A model generated the notes under the pieces. It saw nothing but the letters and a program-made list of their open reading frames with translations. It made no database searches and was not told where the DNA came from. DNA of 30,874 nt from a virus, in the IMG/VR virus record IMGVR_UViG_3300045988_027766, positions 1 through 30,874 of that record. One strand, written 5' to 3'. Both the position numbers and the translations under genes were made by a program. Numbering within the stretch: position 1 is the first letter of the stretch; each line of letters opens with the position of its first letter. Below are positions 16,337-24,000 of this stretch, piece after piece.

Positions 16337-16672
16337 TCATATTCTGCTTTCTGCTTGATGCCGGTACATGGCGGCTATCGTGGTGGCGGTGACCCATCCG
16401 GCAAGCCATTTGACGCCGAAGCGGATGTGGTGGATTCGTGCTGTTGCCGCCCATGCCGGCAGTGTCGTATATGGGCTGAGACACCATCCGCAGTAGGCGA
16501 GTTCGCCGAGGCTGGAGGTTAGGCTGTCGGTCTTGTTTTCGGTTTTGCCGGTGAGTTTCTTGCGGAGTTTGGAGAAGATGTAGGCCGGGCCTGGGGAGAG
16601 TTGGGTTACGGTGGCTGCGTATCCGCCTGTCAGTCCGGCCGTGATGACGGCTGTCCACCATTCAGTCTTCAT
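16337..16672 (-). CDS. membrane protein, DUF1360-like
   Basis: Internal ATG at 16672 (MKTEWWTAVITAGLTGG..) of track ORF 16337..16858. It has a GELAYCGWCLSPY motif and hydrophobic ends. It overlaps the upstream gene by 11 nt. Confidence 0.45.
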   Translation of the reverse strand: MKTEWWTAVITAGLTGGYAATVTQLSPGPAYIFSKLRKKLTGKTENKTDSLTSSLGELAYCGWCLSPYTTLPAWAATARIHHIRFGVKWLAGWVTATTIAAMYRHQAESRI

Positions 16673-17000
16673 CGTGGGCCTCCTTGCGGCGTTTGCGGTC
16701 GATGTTGCGGAATGCGTTTCGATACATGGTTGTGGCTTTTTCTTCTGCTTCTTCTGGCGTCCAGTCGTTTTTGGTGAGCGCGTATTTTGCCGCGTTTGTC
16801 CAGATGGTTTTGCGGAGGCTGCGGTACCATCGGTCGAAGATGTGGAGTGCGGCTTCATGGTGTGCTGTTGGGGTTGTGTCGTCGTCGAGGATTTCGCATA
16901 CGTTTTCGGCGAAGAATTCTCGCATGTCGTTTACGTGGATGTTGTTGTTCTTGAAGAGGTTGACGATGTCCTGTTCTTGGGGATTGCTGGCGTGCATCAT
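16662..17000 (-). CDS. hypothetical early protein
   Basis: 112 aa in a compact operon context. No motif recognised. Confidence 0.5.
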   Translation of the reverse strand: MMHASNPQEQDIVNLFKNNNIHVNDMREFFAENVCEILDDDTTPTAHHEAALHIFDRWYRSLRKTIWTNAAKYALTKNDWTPEEAEEKATTMYRNAFRNIDRKRRKEAHDED

Positions 17001-17016
17001 TGTGTTGGGCCTTTCG

Positions 17017-17286
17017 TTATTTGTCGATGATTTCTGCTGCCGTGTAATGGATTTCTCCGTCGAGCAGTATTAGTGGGTATTTGATTGGTTTGTTTTGGTT
17101 TTTGGCGATGGTGCGTATTGCGGTTGCGGTGGGGCTGCCGGATGGGACGACGTGCAGTTGTCGCCACATCCATTGCGCTGCCGTGCGGCATGAGTCCAGG
17201 AATTTTGTGGTTTCGGGTTTGCAGGTGGGGCATCCGTCGAAGAGCACGTAGATGTCTTTGCTTTTAAGGAGGGAGTTGATTGTCAT
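17017..17286 (-). CDS. glutaredoxin/NrdH-like thioredoxin-fold protein
   Basis: The last 89 codons of track ORF 17017..18147 read MTINSLLKSKDIYVLFDGCPTCKPE... with a CPTC redox motif after a beta-strand. The start is in an ATGA overlap with the exonuclease stop. Confidence 0.6.
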   Translation of the reverse strand: MTINSLLKSKDIYVLFDGCPTCKPETTKFLDSCRTAAQWMWRQLHVVPSGSPTATAIRTIAKNQNKPIKYPLILLDGEIHYTAAEIIDK

Positions 17287-18188
17287 TGGAATGATGCTCC
17301 TGTTGTTTCGGTGATGGTGTCGATGATGTGTAGGGTGTTGAGTTGTTTGCGTTTGTGGTCGGCGATGAGGGGTTCGATGTCCTTTCTGTGGATTGGGATG
17401 ATTTGGTGTCGTGCGTCTCCGTATACGCGTGGGTCGTACATGCTGAAGTAGAGGGTTTCTAGTGTGTCGCAGACGACGAAGTATTGGAGTGCTTGTGCCT
17501 GGTATGTGTCGGGGATGAAGTCTATGCCGGTGGCTTTGGGGCTTGTGGTTTCCGGTGGGAGGACTTGCGCGGCCATGTCGGCGAGTTTGCTTGGCAGGGT
17601 GTGTTGGCGCATGTATTGTAGGTGGATCATCCATGGGATGGCGGCTTGGAGGTGGTAGGCGCTTCCGAGGCTTTTGCATTCGATGGCCCATGTTGGGTTT
17701 TCCGATGCTTGGTAGGCGTCTGGGCTGCATGCGATTCGTGGGTCTTCGTCGCTTTCCCAGATGCCGCAGTCGGTGATGCAGTCTTCCTGCTGGTAGCCGA
17801 GTTGTTGGAGGGTGAGTGTGATGTTTTCGGGTTCGAGTCTGTGTCCGCGTGCCATGGGGTTTTCTCCGTCTGGTTGTTCGGCCATGGTTTCGGCGAGGAA
17901 TTTCCAGAAGTCGATGCCGACTTTGAGGCGTTTGTTTTTTGCTTCGGCTTCGAGGATGCGTGTGTCGTAGTCTTGTGCTTTTTGGAAGTGTTCGTCGGAT
18001 TCCTTTTGTGTTTTCGCGGTTTTTGATTGTTCGAGTGCTTTGTTGCGGGTTTTGATGAGTTTGGTGGTGTCGGTTTGTGAGTAGTGGCTCATGGCTAGGC
18101 TGCCGCTTTTGGTGCCGGTGATGCGGCCTAGGCGTTCTTGGAGCCATGCGTTGGTGTCGTGGGCTTGTGATAGGTTGATGATTTTCAT
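17283..18188 (-). CDS. YqaJ-type (lambda Exo-like, PD-(D/E)xK) recombination exonuclease
   Basis: 301 aa; AWLQERLGRITGTKSGSLAM near the N-terminus, then ..IACSPDAY.. and ..WAIECKSLGS... Confidence 0.75.
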   Translation of the reverse strand: MKIINLSQAHDTNAWLQERLGRITGTKSGSLAMSHYSQTDTTKLIKTRNKALEQSKTAKTQKESDEHFQKAQDYDTRILEAEAKNKRLKVGIDFWKFLAETMAEQPDGENPMARGHRLEPENITLTLQQLGYQQEDCITDCGIWESDEDPRIACSPDAYQASENPTWAIECKSLGSAYHLQAAIPWMIHLQYMRQHTLPSKLADMAAQVLPPETTSPKATGIDFIPDTYQAQALQYFVVCDTLETLYFSMYDPRVYGDARHQIIPIHRKDIEPLIADHKRKQLNTLHIIDTITETTGASFQ

Positions 18189-18276
18189 TGTCAGTCCTTT
18201 CTTGAAGCTGATATCTTTATTATATCTCTCGTATGTGACTGGATGGTGTGAGGCGTGTCGTGTTTTCGATATGAGA

Positions 18277-18303
18277 AAGACCCCGGTGGTATGCCGGGGT
18301 CTT
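18277..18303 (-). terminator. hairpin between erf and the exonuclease gene
   Basis: aagaccccgg / ccggggtctt forms a 10-bp stem with a 7-nt loop, 4 nt after the erf stop. The U-tail is weak. Confidence 0.4.
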
Positions 18304-18306
18304 GTG

Positions 18307-18900
18307 TCACATACTGCTGATGGCGTTCATGAGTTTGGTCATGTCGGCTTGGGTGATTCCCCTCCAGCCTTTGACGGGGCGGTTCAGGGTGCCTGAGATG
18401 AATTCGCCGCGTGCTTCGGTTGGGAGGTGGTGTGCGTCCATCGCTTTGACGAGCGTGGCGTATTGGTCGGCTCCTATCGGCTTGTCGGCGGTCTCGTATT
18501 GCTGTCGGGCGTAGCTTCCGTCGTCGTCCTTGTCGGGGAAGATGCCGAGGATGGTGGTGAGACTGTAGCGTCGTGCATAGGTGATGGCGCTGCCGACCTG
18601 TTGGGGGTCTCCGGTGACGAAGAACGGGTATTCGCATACCGTCATCTGGTCGGTGTCGTCGAAGATGATGGTTTCGATGGTGCCGAGGATCTGGCGTCCT
18701 TCTCCCGTACCGTCGAAGGTCACTTTTTGGGTGAATGCGAGTCCGTGCTTGTTGAAGATCGGTTTGATGTTCTTGAGGAGTGTGGCGAGGTTGAGGTATT
18801 TGTAGGTGCGGCTTCCGGCGTTGGCGGTTTCGTCGGTGCTGAAGTTAGGTACTTCGTTGAGGACTTCGGCGAATTTGCGGTTGAGGCTGTTGTTTTCCAT
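18307..18900 (-). CDS. erf: ERF-family single-strand annealing protein
   Basis: 197 aa; RTYKYLNLATLLKNIKPIFNKHGLAFTQK and VGSAITYARRYSLTTILGIFPDKDDDGS are ERF hallmarks. Confidence 0.8.
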   Translation of the reverse strand: MENNSLNRKFAEVLNEVPNFSTDETANAGSRTYKYLNLATLLKNIKPIFNKHGLAFTQKVTFDGTGEGRQILGTIETIIFDDTDQMTVCEYPFFVTGDPQQVGSAITYARRYSLTTILGIFPDKDDDGSYARQQYETADKPIGADQYATLVKAMDAHHLPTEARGEFISGTLNRPVKGWRGITQADMTKLMNAISSM

Positions 18901-18931
18901 GGTTGGTTCCTTTTTTGCCTTGTGTTGGATG

Positions 18932-19288
18932 TCAGTGCTTGTAGATTGGGTAGACGACGGTCATTGGGGTTGATTCGGTGACGTTGTTGTAGATCATTTC
19001 GAGGGTTTCCATGCCTCCGATGTTGTATGCCTGTACGTAGAAGTCGATGCGTTCCGGGTTGTTTTTGGCGAGCGCGTAGAGGTAGCATGCCCATTCCGCG
19101 CCGTTGTGGGCCCATTCGTAGTCTTCGAAGGTTTGGGAGTAGTCGTCGAGGGTGACGTATTTGTGGTCGCCGACGTGGTAGATGACGCCTTTTGGCGTGT
19201 GGTTGGTGTCGTAGTGGCTTTTTTGGTCGAGGCGGACGTCGATGTTGTGCATCATGGTCTGGACTTCGGTTGTGGTGATGGCGTTCAT
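18932..19288 (-). CDS. hypothetical early protein
   Basis: 118 aa with SD AAAAGGAAAC. It is the first gene after promoter 19339-19347. Confidence 0.55.
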   Translation of the reverse strand: MNAITTTEVQTMMHNIDVRLDQKSHYDTNHTPKGVIYHVGDHKYVTLDDYSQTFEDYEWAHNGAEWACYLYALAKNNPERIDFYVQAYNIGGMETLEMIYNNVTESTPMTVVYPIYKH

Positions 19289-19338
19289 TTTGGTTTCCTT
19301 TTCTTATGTGTATGCCAAGCGTATCGCTTGATATGTTT

Positions 19339-19347
19339 AATATATCA
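19339..19347 (-). promoter_or_regulatory. extended -10 promoter TGaTATATT
   Basis: Minus strand reads ttgTGaTATATTaaacata, about 45 nt upstream of ATG 19288. Confidence 0.55.
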
Positions 19348-19351
19348 CAAT

Positions 19352-19380
19352 GCGGCGTGTGTTTAAAGGTGACACGCCGC
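19352..19380 (-). terminator. inverted repeat gcggcgtgt / acacgccgc (terminator and/or operator)
   Basis: Perfect 9-bp arms with an 11-nt spacer. It lies between the 19437..19607 operon end and promoter 19339-19347. Confidence 0.5.
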
Positions 19381-19436
19381 AAAGTTGATCGTTGCCTATC
19401 GTTTCCTGTAGGAGATGAGTATCGTGAGTGCGAGGA

Positions 19437-19607
19437 TCAATGCCGTGAGGATGTCACTATTCGTGCCCATGCCTTGTCTTTCTCGTACTGTTTGATGACG
19501 GCTTCGATCTCCGGTTTGCAGCATTGCGGGATGAGCGGGGCGAATTCGTCGACGGTCAGGCCGTCCTCATGCCATTTGATGATCTGGTTTTTCAGTGTTT
19601 TCTTCAT
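19437..19607 (-). CDS. small hypothetical protein (56 aa)
   Basis: MKKTLKNQIIKWHEDGLTVDEFAPLIPQCCKPEIEAVIKQYEKDKAWARIVTSSRH. ATGA overlap with the upstream stop. Below the track cutoff. Confidence 0.4.
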   Translation of the reverse strand: MKKTLKNQIIKWHEDGLTVDEFAPLIPQCCKPEIEAVIKQYEKDKAWARIVTSSRH

Positions 19608-19780
19608 CGGTGGTTCTTCCTTACTGCCGAGTAGAATTCGGAGCTTTCCTGGTGGACTCGCCGGACGGTGTTTTCGTCCATGTCGAGGATTTCGGCGGTC
19701 TTTTCGACTGACTGGTCGAGGTCGAAGAGGTAGTGTTCGATCAGGAGTCGGTCGAGTGGGATGTCATTCAGTTTGCGCAT
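19604..19780 (-). CDS. small HTH protein resembling sigma-70 region 4
   Basis: 58 aa, MRKLNDIPLDRLLIEHYLFDLDQSVEKTAEILDMDENTVRRVHQESSEFYSAVRKNHR. Below the track cutoff. Confidence 0.45.
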   Translation of the reverse strand: MRKLNDIPLDRLLIEHYLFDLDQSVEKTAEILDMDENTVRRVHQESSEFYSAVRKNHR

Positions 19781-20132
19781 TGTTTTCTTCTTCCTTCATC
19801 ATTCGGTTGATTGCTTCGATGACCAGGTGCCAGTCGCTTCGTCCGATGCAATGCCATGCGGCTCTTTCGAGGCCGGTGGTCGATGCGACGAGTTTGCGGA
19901 TGATGAGGCCGCATCTGCCGGAGGTTTCCGTCTTTTCGTGTCTTATGGCGGCTTTTCGTGCGTACCATCGTGCTTTTTTCAGGTCTTCCGTCGGGTTTCC
20001 TTTGTCTTTGTATCGCCATAGGTATTTGATGACGTTGCCGGTGCAGAAGTATTGGCGTTTGGCGAGGAGGATGCATTCGTAGCCGATGTTGCGGCTGGTG
20101 TAGTGTGCTGGATGGTCGACGGTGTCGTTCAT
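19764..20132 (-). CDS. DUF3310 (SaV-like) protein
   Basis: Internal ATG at 20132 of track ORF 19764..20405. Contains MNDTVDHPAHYTS..YECI...GNVIKYLWRYKDKG..EDLKKARWY. Confidence 0.7.
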   Translation of the reverse strand: MNDTVDHPAHYTSRNIGYECILLAKRQYFCTGNVIKYLWRYKDKGNPTEDLKKARWYARKAAIRHEKTETSGRCGLIIRKLVASTTGLERAAWHCIGRSDWHLVIEAINRMMKEEENNAQTE

Positions 20133-20578
20133 GCTTGTTCCTTTCGGGTGGTTTCGAGTTTTGCGGCTTTGGCTTTGGCTCGTCGTATGCGTGCTCGTTC
20201 TCTTTGTTTGCGTACGTATTCGGCTTTCTGTTCCGTGGTCATGGCGTGGTATCGGGCTCTCTGTTTGGCGAGCATTGTTTCCCTCCATTCGGGGTCGGTG
20301 TGGTATCGGGCTCGGGCGGCTTCGCGTTTCTTTTTTAATGTTTTTGGTTTGCTGTGGTATTCTCTCTGTTTTTCCGCGTAGTGTTCGGCGTGTGTTTCCC
20401 TCCATTTCCTGTTGGCTTCGGCGCGTTCCTCTTTGTGGCGGTGGTAGTAGCGGTAGTCGCTGATCTTGCGTCGTTCGTTGGCTGATGGCTGGCTGTTGCG
20501 CATTTCGTTGATCCAGTCCATCAGGTTTTGGTCGTTGAAGTCGATTTCGATTGGTTCCTGTGTTTTCTTTCTTCCCAT
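20129..20578 (-). CDS. basic, repeat-containing hypothetical protein
   Basis: 149 aa, rich in R/K/E, with recurring R-x-x-YH / WRET motifs. Confidence 0.5.
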   Translation of the reverse strand: MGRKKTQEPIEIDFNDQNLMDWINEMRNSQPSANERRKISDYRYYHRHKEERAEANRKWRETHAEHYAEKQREYHSKPKTLKKKREAARARYHTDPEWRETMLAKQRARYHAMTTEQKAEYVRKQRERARIRRAKAKAAKLETTRKEQA

Positions 20579-20586
20579 TTTTGTCC

Positions 20587-20877
20587 TTAGAGGCAGATTT
20601 CGATGAGGTTGGCTAGTTCTTCTGGGGTGATGGTTGTGGCGGCCTTGTCGAATAGGGTGCCGTTTGCGATCGTGGTTCCTGTCTCGTCGTACAAGACCAT
20701 GTCGATCAGGTTGTCTTCGACTGGGGTGAGGTGGAGTTTCCTGTCTGATCCGTGTTTGGTGATTTCGCAGGTGGTGCCGTATTCGTCGAGGTTGACGACG
20801 GTTGTCTTGTAGTTTGTCCCGGTGGCGTTTAGGGCGTTGGAGATGTTAAGGGCGAGTGCGTTGGTTTCGATGCTCAT
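20587..20877 (-). CDS. hypothetical early protein (96 aa)
   Basis: Compact spacing and a coding-like composition. No motif recognised. Confidence 0.5.
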   Translation of the reverse strand: MSIETNALALNISNALNATGTNYKTTVVNLDEYGTTCEITKHGSDRKLHLTPVEDNLIDMVLYDETGTTIANGTLFDKAATTITPEELANLIEICL

Positions 20878-20898
20878 TTTTGTTCCTTTCTTGGGTGT

Positions 20899-21189
20899 TC
20901 AGAAGAGTTTCTTGATGTCGTTTACGATGTCTGCCGGGGTGGTGGTGGGGAGTGCGGTGTCCCAGCTGATGCCTTCGCAGATGGGATCGTCGTCGGTTTC
21001 GTTGTCGTAGGATGCTGCGTTGAAGATTCCCGGTTCGGTTTCATCTTCTGCGATGTAAACGATGATGTCGGAGTTTTCCTTGGTGATTTCGATGGTGTCC
21101 GTGTTCCTGTGGATGTGTTCGCAGTATTCGTGGGGGAGGGTTGCGGTGAGGAATTGGAACATGTCTTCGGCGTCGTTGATGGTGATCAT
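20899..21189 (-). CDS. small highly acidic early protein (96 aa)
   Basis: Internal ATG at 21189 (MITINDAEDMFQF...) of track ORF 20899..21459, with SD AAAGGAAAAC. It is D/E-rich (..IAEDETEPGIFNAASYDNETDDDPICEG..). Confidence 0.55.
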   Translation of the reverse strand: MITINDAEDMFQFLTATLPHEYCEHIHRNTDTIEITKENSDIIVYIAEDETEPGIFNAASYDNETDDDPICEGISWDTALPTTTPADIVNDIKKLF

Positions 21190-21235
21190 TTCAGGTTTTC
21201 CTTTCGAGTGTTTTCCTTGCCTGATATCTGACACT

Positions 21236-21264
21236 ATACCCACAATCGTGATGTGACACGCCGA
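21236..21264 (-). promoter_or_regulatory. early promoter: TCGGCGTGTC box - 16 nt - TATAGT
   Basis: Minus strand reads atcggcgtgtcacatcacgattgtgggTATAGTgtc, about 45 nt upstream of ATG 21189. Confidence 0.5.
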
Positions 21265-21276
21265 TGGGCAAGGAAA

Positions 21277-21306
21277 AAGGCGGCACGCTTTCATACGTGT
21301 CGCCTT
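21277..21306 (-). terminator. rho-independent terminator after the DnaC-like gene
   Basis: Minus strand reads aaggcgacacg-tatgaaag-cgtgccgcctt followed by tttcct. Confidence 0.7.
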
Positions 21307-21313
21307 GATATGG

Positions 21314-22156
21314 TCAGAGGCCGAGAAGTGATTTGGCGCTCGCCATCTTGTCTCGCATCTTCTTGTTTCGCCTGTCGGCCCCGTTGACTTCGAGGAAGAT
21401 GCACATTTCCTTGAGGCGGCTGAAGACGCGTTGACGGCGGATGTCGGACGGGTCGGCAAGATCTTTCAGGGGGAGGTTGGTGGTGACGATGAGTGGCAGT
21501 CCTGCACGGTAGCGTGCGTCGACGACGTTCATCACTTTCTCCCACGTGAATTCCGTGTCCCGTTCCGCTCCTAGATCGTCGATGATGAGGAGGTCGAAGC
21601 GGTTGAGGTCGTCGAGGTATTTCTGGTCTCCACCGAATTTTTCGCTTATACGGCTGATGATACGGCTGAAATTGGTCATCAGGCATGGAGTGCCTTGGCT
21701 GATGAGCTCGTTGGCGATGGCTGCTGCGAGGAAGCTTTTGCCGGTTCCTACCGGGCCGCAGAGGAGCAGTCCGGTGCCTTGTTTGCGCATGGTGTCGAAG
21801 TTTGCGACGTATCTGCGTGCGATGCTTTCGTTTCGTTGGTCGGTGTGGTCGGATTTCGTGAAAGTCCATTCGCGCATTTCCGCGTCGGGGAAGCCGGTGC
21901 GTCGCATGCTGTCGAGGTATTGCATGCGGTCGCGTTTGCGTTTTTCTTCGGCTTCTTTGGCGTTTTGTGCGACGCTGCATTCGCATGCGCAGCGGACGGT
22001 TCGTGTGGTTCCGTCTTTGCCGGTCAGGACGCATTCCTTTTGGGTGTGGCATTTGCCGCATATGAGGAGGCCGTCTTCGTTGCGGTAGTCTCCTTCGGCT
22101 TCGGAGTATTGGCGGGAAACGCGTGCGCCGATGGTGCCGATGATGTCGATGTCCAT
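21314..22156 (-). CDS. DnaC/IstB-like AAA+ helicase loader
   Basis: Walker A LLLCGPVGTGKSFLA and Walker B FDLLIIDDLGAE, with an N-terminal Cys-rich region. ATG 22156 follows GAAAGG; the track ORF extends to 22192. Confidence 0.8.
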   Translation of the reverse strand: MDIDIIGTIGARVSRQYSEAEGDYRNEDGLLICGKCHTQKECVLTGKDGTTRTVRCACECSVAQNAKEAEEKRKRDRMQYLDSMRRTGFPDAEMREWTFTKSDHTDQRNESIARRYVANFDTMRKQGTGLLLCGPVGTGKSFLAAAIANELISQGTPCLMTNFSRIISRISEKFGGDQKYLDDLNRFDLLIIDDLGAERDTEFTWEKVMNVVDARYRAGLPLIVTTNLPLKDLADPSDIRRQRVFSRLKEMCIFLEVNGADRRNKKMRDKMASAKSLLGL

Positions 22157-22231
22157 TGTGGGCCTTTCTGTTGTTTTATTACAATCGTACATCGCGTGCT
22201 GCTGGCGTTGTGTTCCCGGCGTGTCGTGGTG

Positions 22232-23080
22232 TTAGAATACGTAGTTCTTGATGAAGTCTTCGACTTCCTCGTCGTGTTGGCGTTGTTCTTCCGGCGTGCG
22301 GGGCCACTGCGACTGCTGTGGCTTCTGCTGTGGCTTCTGGTATCCGGTGCGCTTGTAGTTTTCGATGGGGAAGAAGGAGCTCCAGCCGCGGCAGATGACT
22401 TCGTTGAGGTAGTCGTTGACGCTCATGTGGCTTTCCTGTGCGCAGTTATCGAGTTTGTCGATGTTGCCTCGGATGGCTCGATCGGTCATTGCGGAGCGCT
22501 TGGCCTTGCGGTTCTGGAGCCATGCTCCGAGTAGATCCTTGGTCGTCGGGTCGTTGGTGTAGGCGTCGATGATAGCGTCGAAGCTTTGGGCTTTGCGGGT
22601 CTTTTTTGGTTGTGGTTTTGGTTCCGGTTCGGCGATGGGCGGCTGGAATTGTTCCGGTGTTGCGTTCGTGGTGTTGGCCCATGGATCCTGTGCCGTGGTC
22701 GGGGCTTGGATGGGGTTTTCGGTGGTGGTTTCTTCCGGGTCGGGTTCGTCTGAGTGGACGTTGACGTCGAGCATCGCTTCTGCTTTTGCCGTCAGCGTAT
22801 ACCATGTGGTGCGATCGTATGCGGACTTGTTGTAGTTGCCTGTGAGGATGAGTCCGTTGTCCTTGAGTTTCTTGATGGCGGTGCGAATGACGTTGACCGT
22901 CATGTATGGGAAGAGCTCTCCGAATGCCTTGGTGCTGTTGAAAGTCCAGTAGTGGCCGTCGTGGAGGTTCGTGTGGTTGGCCGCGTTGTGTTCGCACCAG
23001 TAAGAGATGTTCTCTAGGAGGATTGCGGCGTTGGTGCCGACGAGCTGTGCGACTCCGATGTCGAGGATGTGCTTCTTCAT
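22232..23080 (-). CDS. replisome organiser: N-terminal wHTH + C-terminal DnaD/DnaB_2-like domain
   Basis: 282 aa. The N-terminus reads ..ILLENISYWCEHNA..GHYWTFNSTKAFGELFPYMTVNVIRTAIKKLKDNGLI... After an acidic/Pro linker comes ..LLGAWLQNRKAKRSAMTDRAIRGNIDKL... Confidence 0.65.
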   Translation of the reverse strand: MKKHILDIGVAQLVGTNAAILLENISYWCEHNAANHTNLHDGHYWTFNSTKAFGELFPYMTVNVIRTAIKKLKDNGLILTGNYNKSAYDRTTWYTLTAKAEAMLDVNVHSDEPDPEETTTENPIQAPTTAQDPWANTTNATPEQFQPPIAEPEPKPQPKKTRKAQSFDAIIDAYTNDPTTKDLLGAWLQNRKAKRSAMTDRAIRGNIDKLDNCAQESHMSVNDYLNEVICRGWSSFFPIENYKRTGYQKPQQKPQQSQWPRTPEEQRQHDEEVEDFIKNYVF

Positions 23081-23218
23081 AGTGTTTTTGTCCTTTGTTT
23101 AAAGTGAATCCCACCGACTGTCACCGTCTCCTACCCCGGTGGCAATCAATGGGATTCGTACCATGCAAGTTATGCTCTCCACATGAGTGGTAGGAGCCTC
23201 ACATGGTGTATGTCTCTA

Positions 23219-23248
23219 GTATAACACGTTTTTTAGACGACACGCCGA
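23219..23248 (-). promoter_or_regulatory. early promoter: TCGGCGTGTC box - 15 nt - TGtTATACT
   Basis: Minus strand reads gtcggcgtgtcgtctaaaaaacgTGtTATACTaga. It overlaps the 3' end of 23233..23538 and gives a ~130-nt leader for 22232..23080. Confidence 0.5.
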
Positions 23249-23538
23249 CTTACTCGGTTTATCGTATACCAGCTGAGGTTGCCGTGATGAACCATTCTGA
23301 GCAGACCCTGATCCTCAAGCTTTTCGAGAGCCTTGGAGACGATGACTTCGGGCAGTTCCGGAAACATCCGGGGGAAATCCTCGTAGGGCATCCGAACCCA
23401 ATAACGGCCGGCGTGGAAATGCCTCTGCCGCTTCCTCTGTTTCCGGTAGAAGTCGTAGAGCTGAGCGTAGACGGCTGCCGCGGAGAATCCCAGTCTCTTG
23501 ACCAGTTTGGTCATATGCTGAAGATCGTTCAAGATCAA
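23233..23538 (-). CDS. wHTH protein paralogous to the N-terminal domain of the replisome organiser
   Basis: 101 aa. ..AAVYAQLYDFYRK....GRYWVRMPYEDFPRMFPELPEVIVSKALEKLEDQGLL..SWYTI aligns by eye with residues ~20-95 of 22232..23080. Confidence 0.55.
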   Translation of the reverse strand: MILNDLQHMTKLVKRLGFSAAAVYAQLYDFYRKQRKRQRHFHAGRYWVRMPYEDFPRMFPELPEVIVSKALEKLEDQGLLRMVHHGNLSWYTINRVSRRVV

Positions 23539-23783
23539 TCCTCCCCCTCGATGAACGAGCTGAAGAGACTCCGATTGTAGAGGATGCCTCCAAGCTTCGA
23601 CAATGCGGTCACCGGATTATCGTACTTCCTGCATGCGGCATCCCAAGCCTCGAGGACTTCCTCATCGCCGAACTTCAAGCATAGGCCCGAGAAGAACTTG
23701 CGGGACTTCTGTTCGCCTTCCTCGCTGAAGTGGACGCCGTACCGTTCGACGAGACTGTTTCCGATAGTGTCATAAACGCTCAT
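23535..23783 (-). CDS. hypothetical early protein (first gene of the leftward operon)
   Basis: 82 aa with SD AAAGGAG. ATGA overlap with the next gene. Confidence 0.55.
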   Translation of the reverse strand: MSVYDTIGNSLVERYGVHFSEEGEQKSRKFFSGLCLKFGDEEVLEAWDAACRKYDNPVTALSKLGGILYNRSLFSSFIEGED

Positions 23784-23816
23784 TATGTGCTCCTTTCTTG
23801 CTAATGCGTTACCTCA

Positions 23817-23847
23817 AGCATACCACGAAGCATCGAAAAGCATCGAA
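23817..23847 (-). promoter_or_regulatory. extended -10 promoter TGgTATGCT with two tandem AAGCATCGAA boxes over its -35 region
   Basis: Minus strand reads cttcgatgcttttcgatgcttcgTGgTATGCTtgagg. The -10 ends ~34 nt before ATG 23783. Confidence 0.45.
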
Positions 23848-24000
23848 GAGGCAAGGGGTAGACACCCACCATCCATCTACATCCTCACCTCACTCACGTA
23901 CCCAACCCTCACTCACTCGCCTGACTCTCACCCACGTTCACCCCGGCCACCGCCATGCCCTGTTTCTTGAGGGAGGGAGCGAGCTTCGGTGGAGAGAGTA

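Noticed and set aside
19396-19470. 24-aa hydrophobic peptide MGTNSDILTALILALTILISYRKR on the minus strand (type I toxin-like).
   Set aside because: It overlaps the 3' end of 19437..19607 in another frame. It has no adequately spaced SD, and I see no antisense RNA. It is too short to support from sequence alone.
19306-20082. 258-aa + strand ORF.
   Set aside because: It is antisense to a string of compact minus-strand genes with recognisable domains (DUF3310, HTH) and translational coupling. The product is Cys/Ser/Arg-rich low-complexity.
22215-22224. + strand CGGCGTGTCG followed by TAGAAT as an antisense promoter between the DnaD-like and DnaC-like genes.
   Set aside because: Only 7 nt separate the box from the -10-like hexamer, unlike the 15-16 nt at the three convincing promoters. 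It is counted as a box occurrence but not called a promoter.
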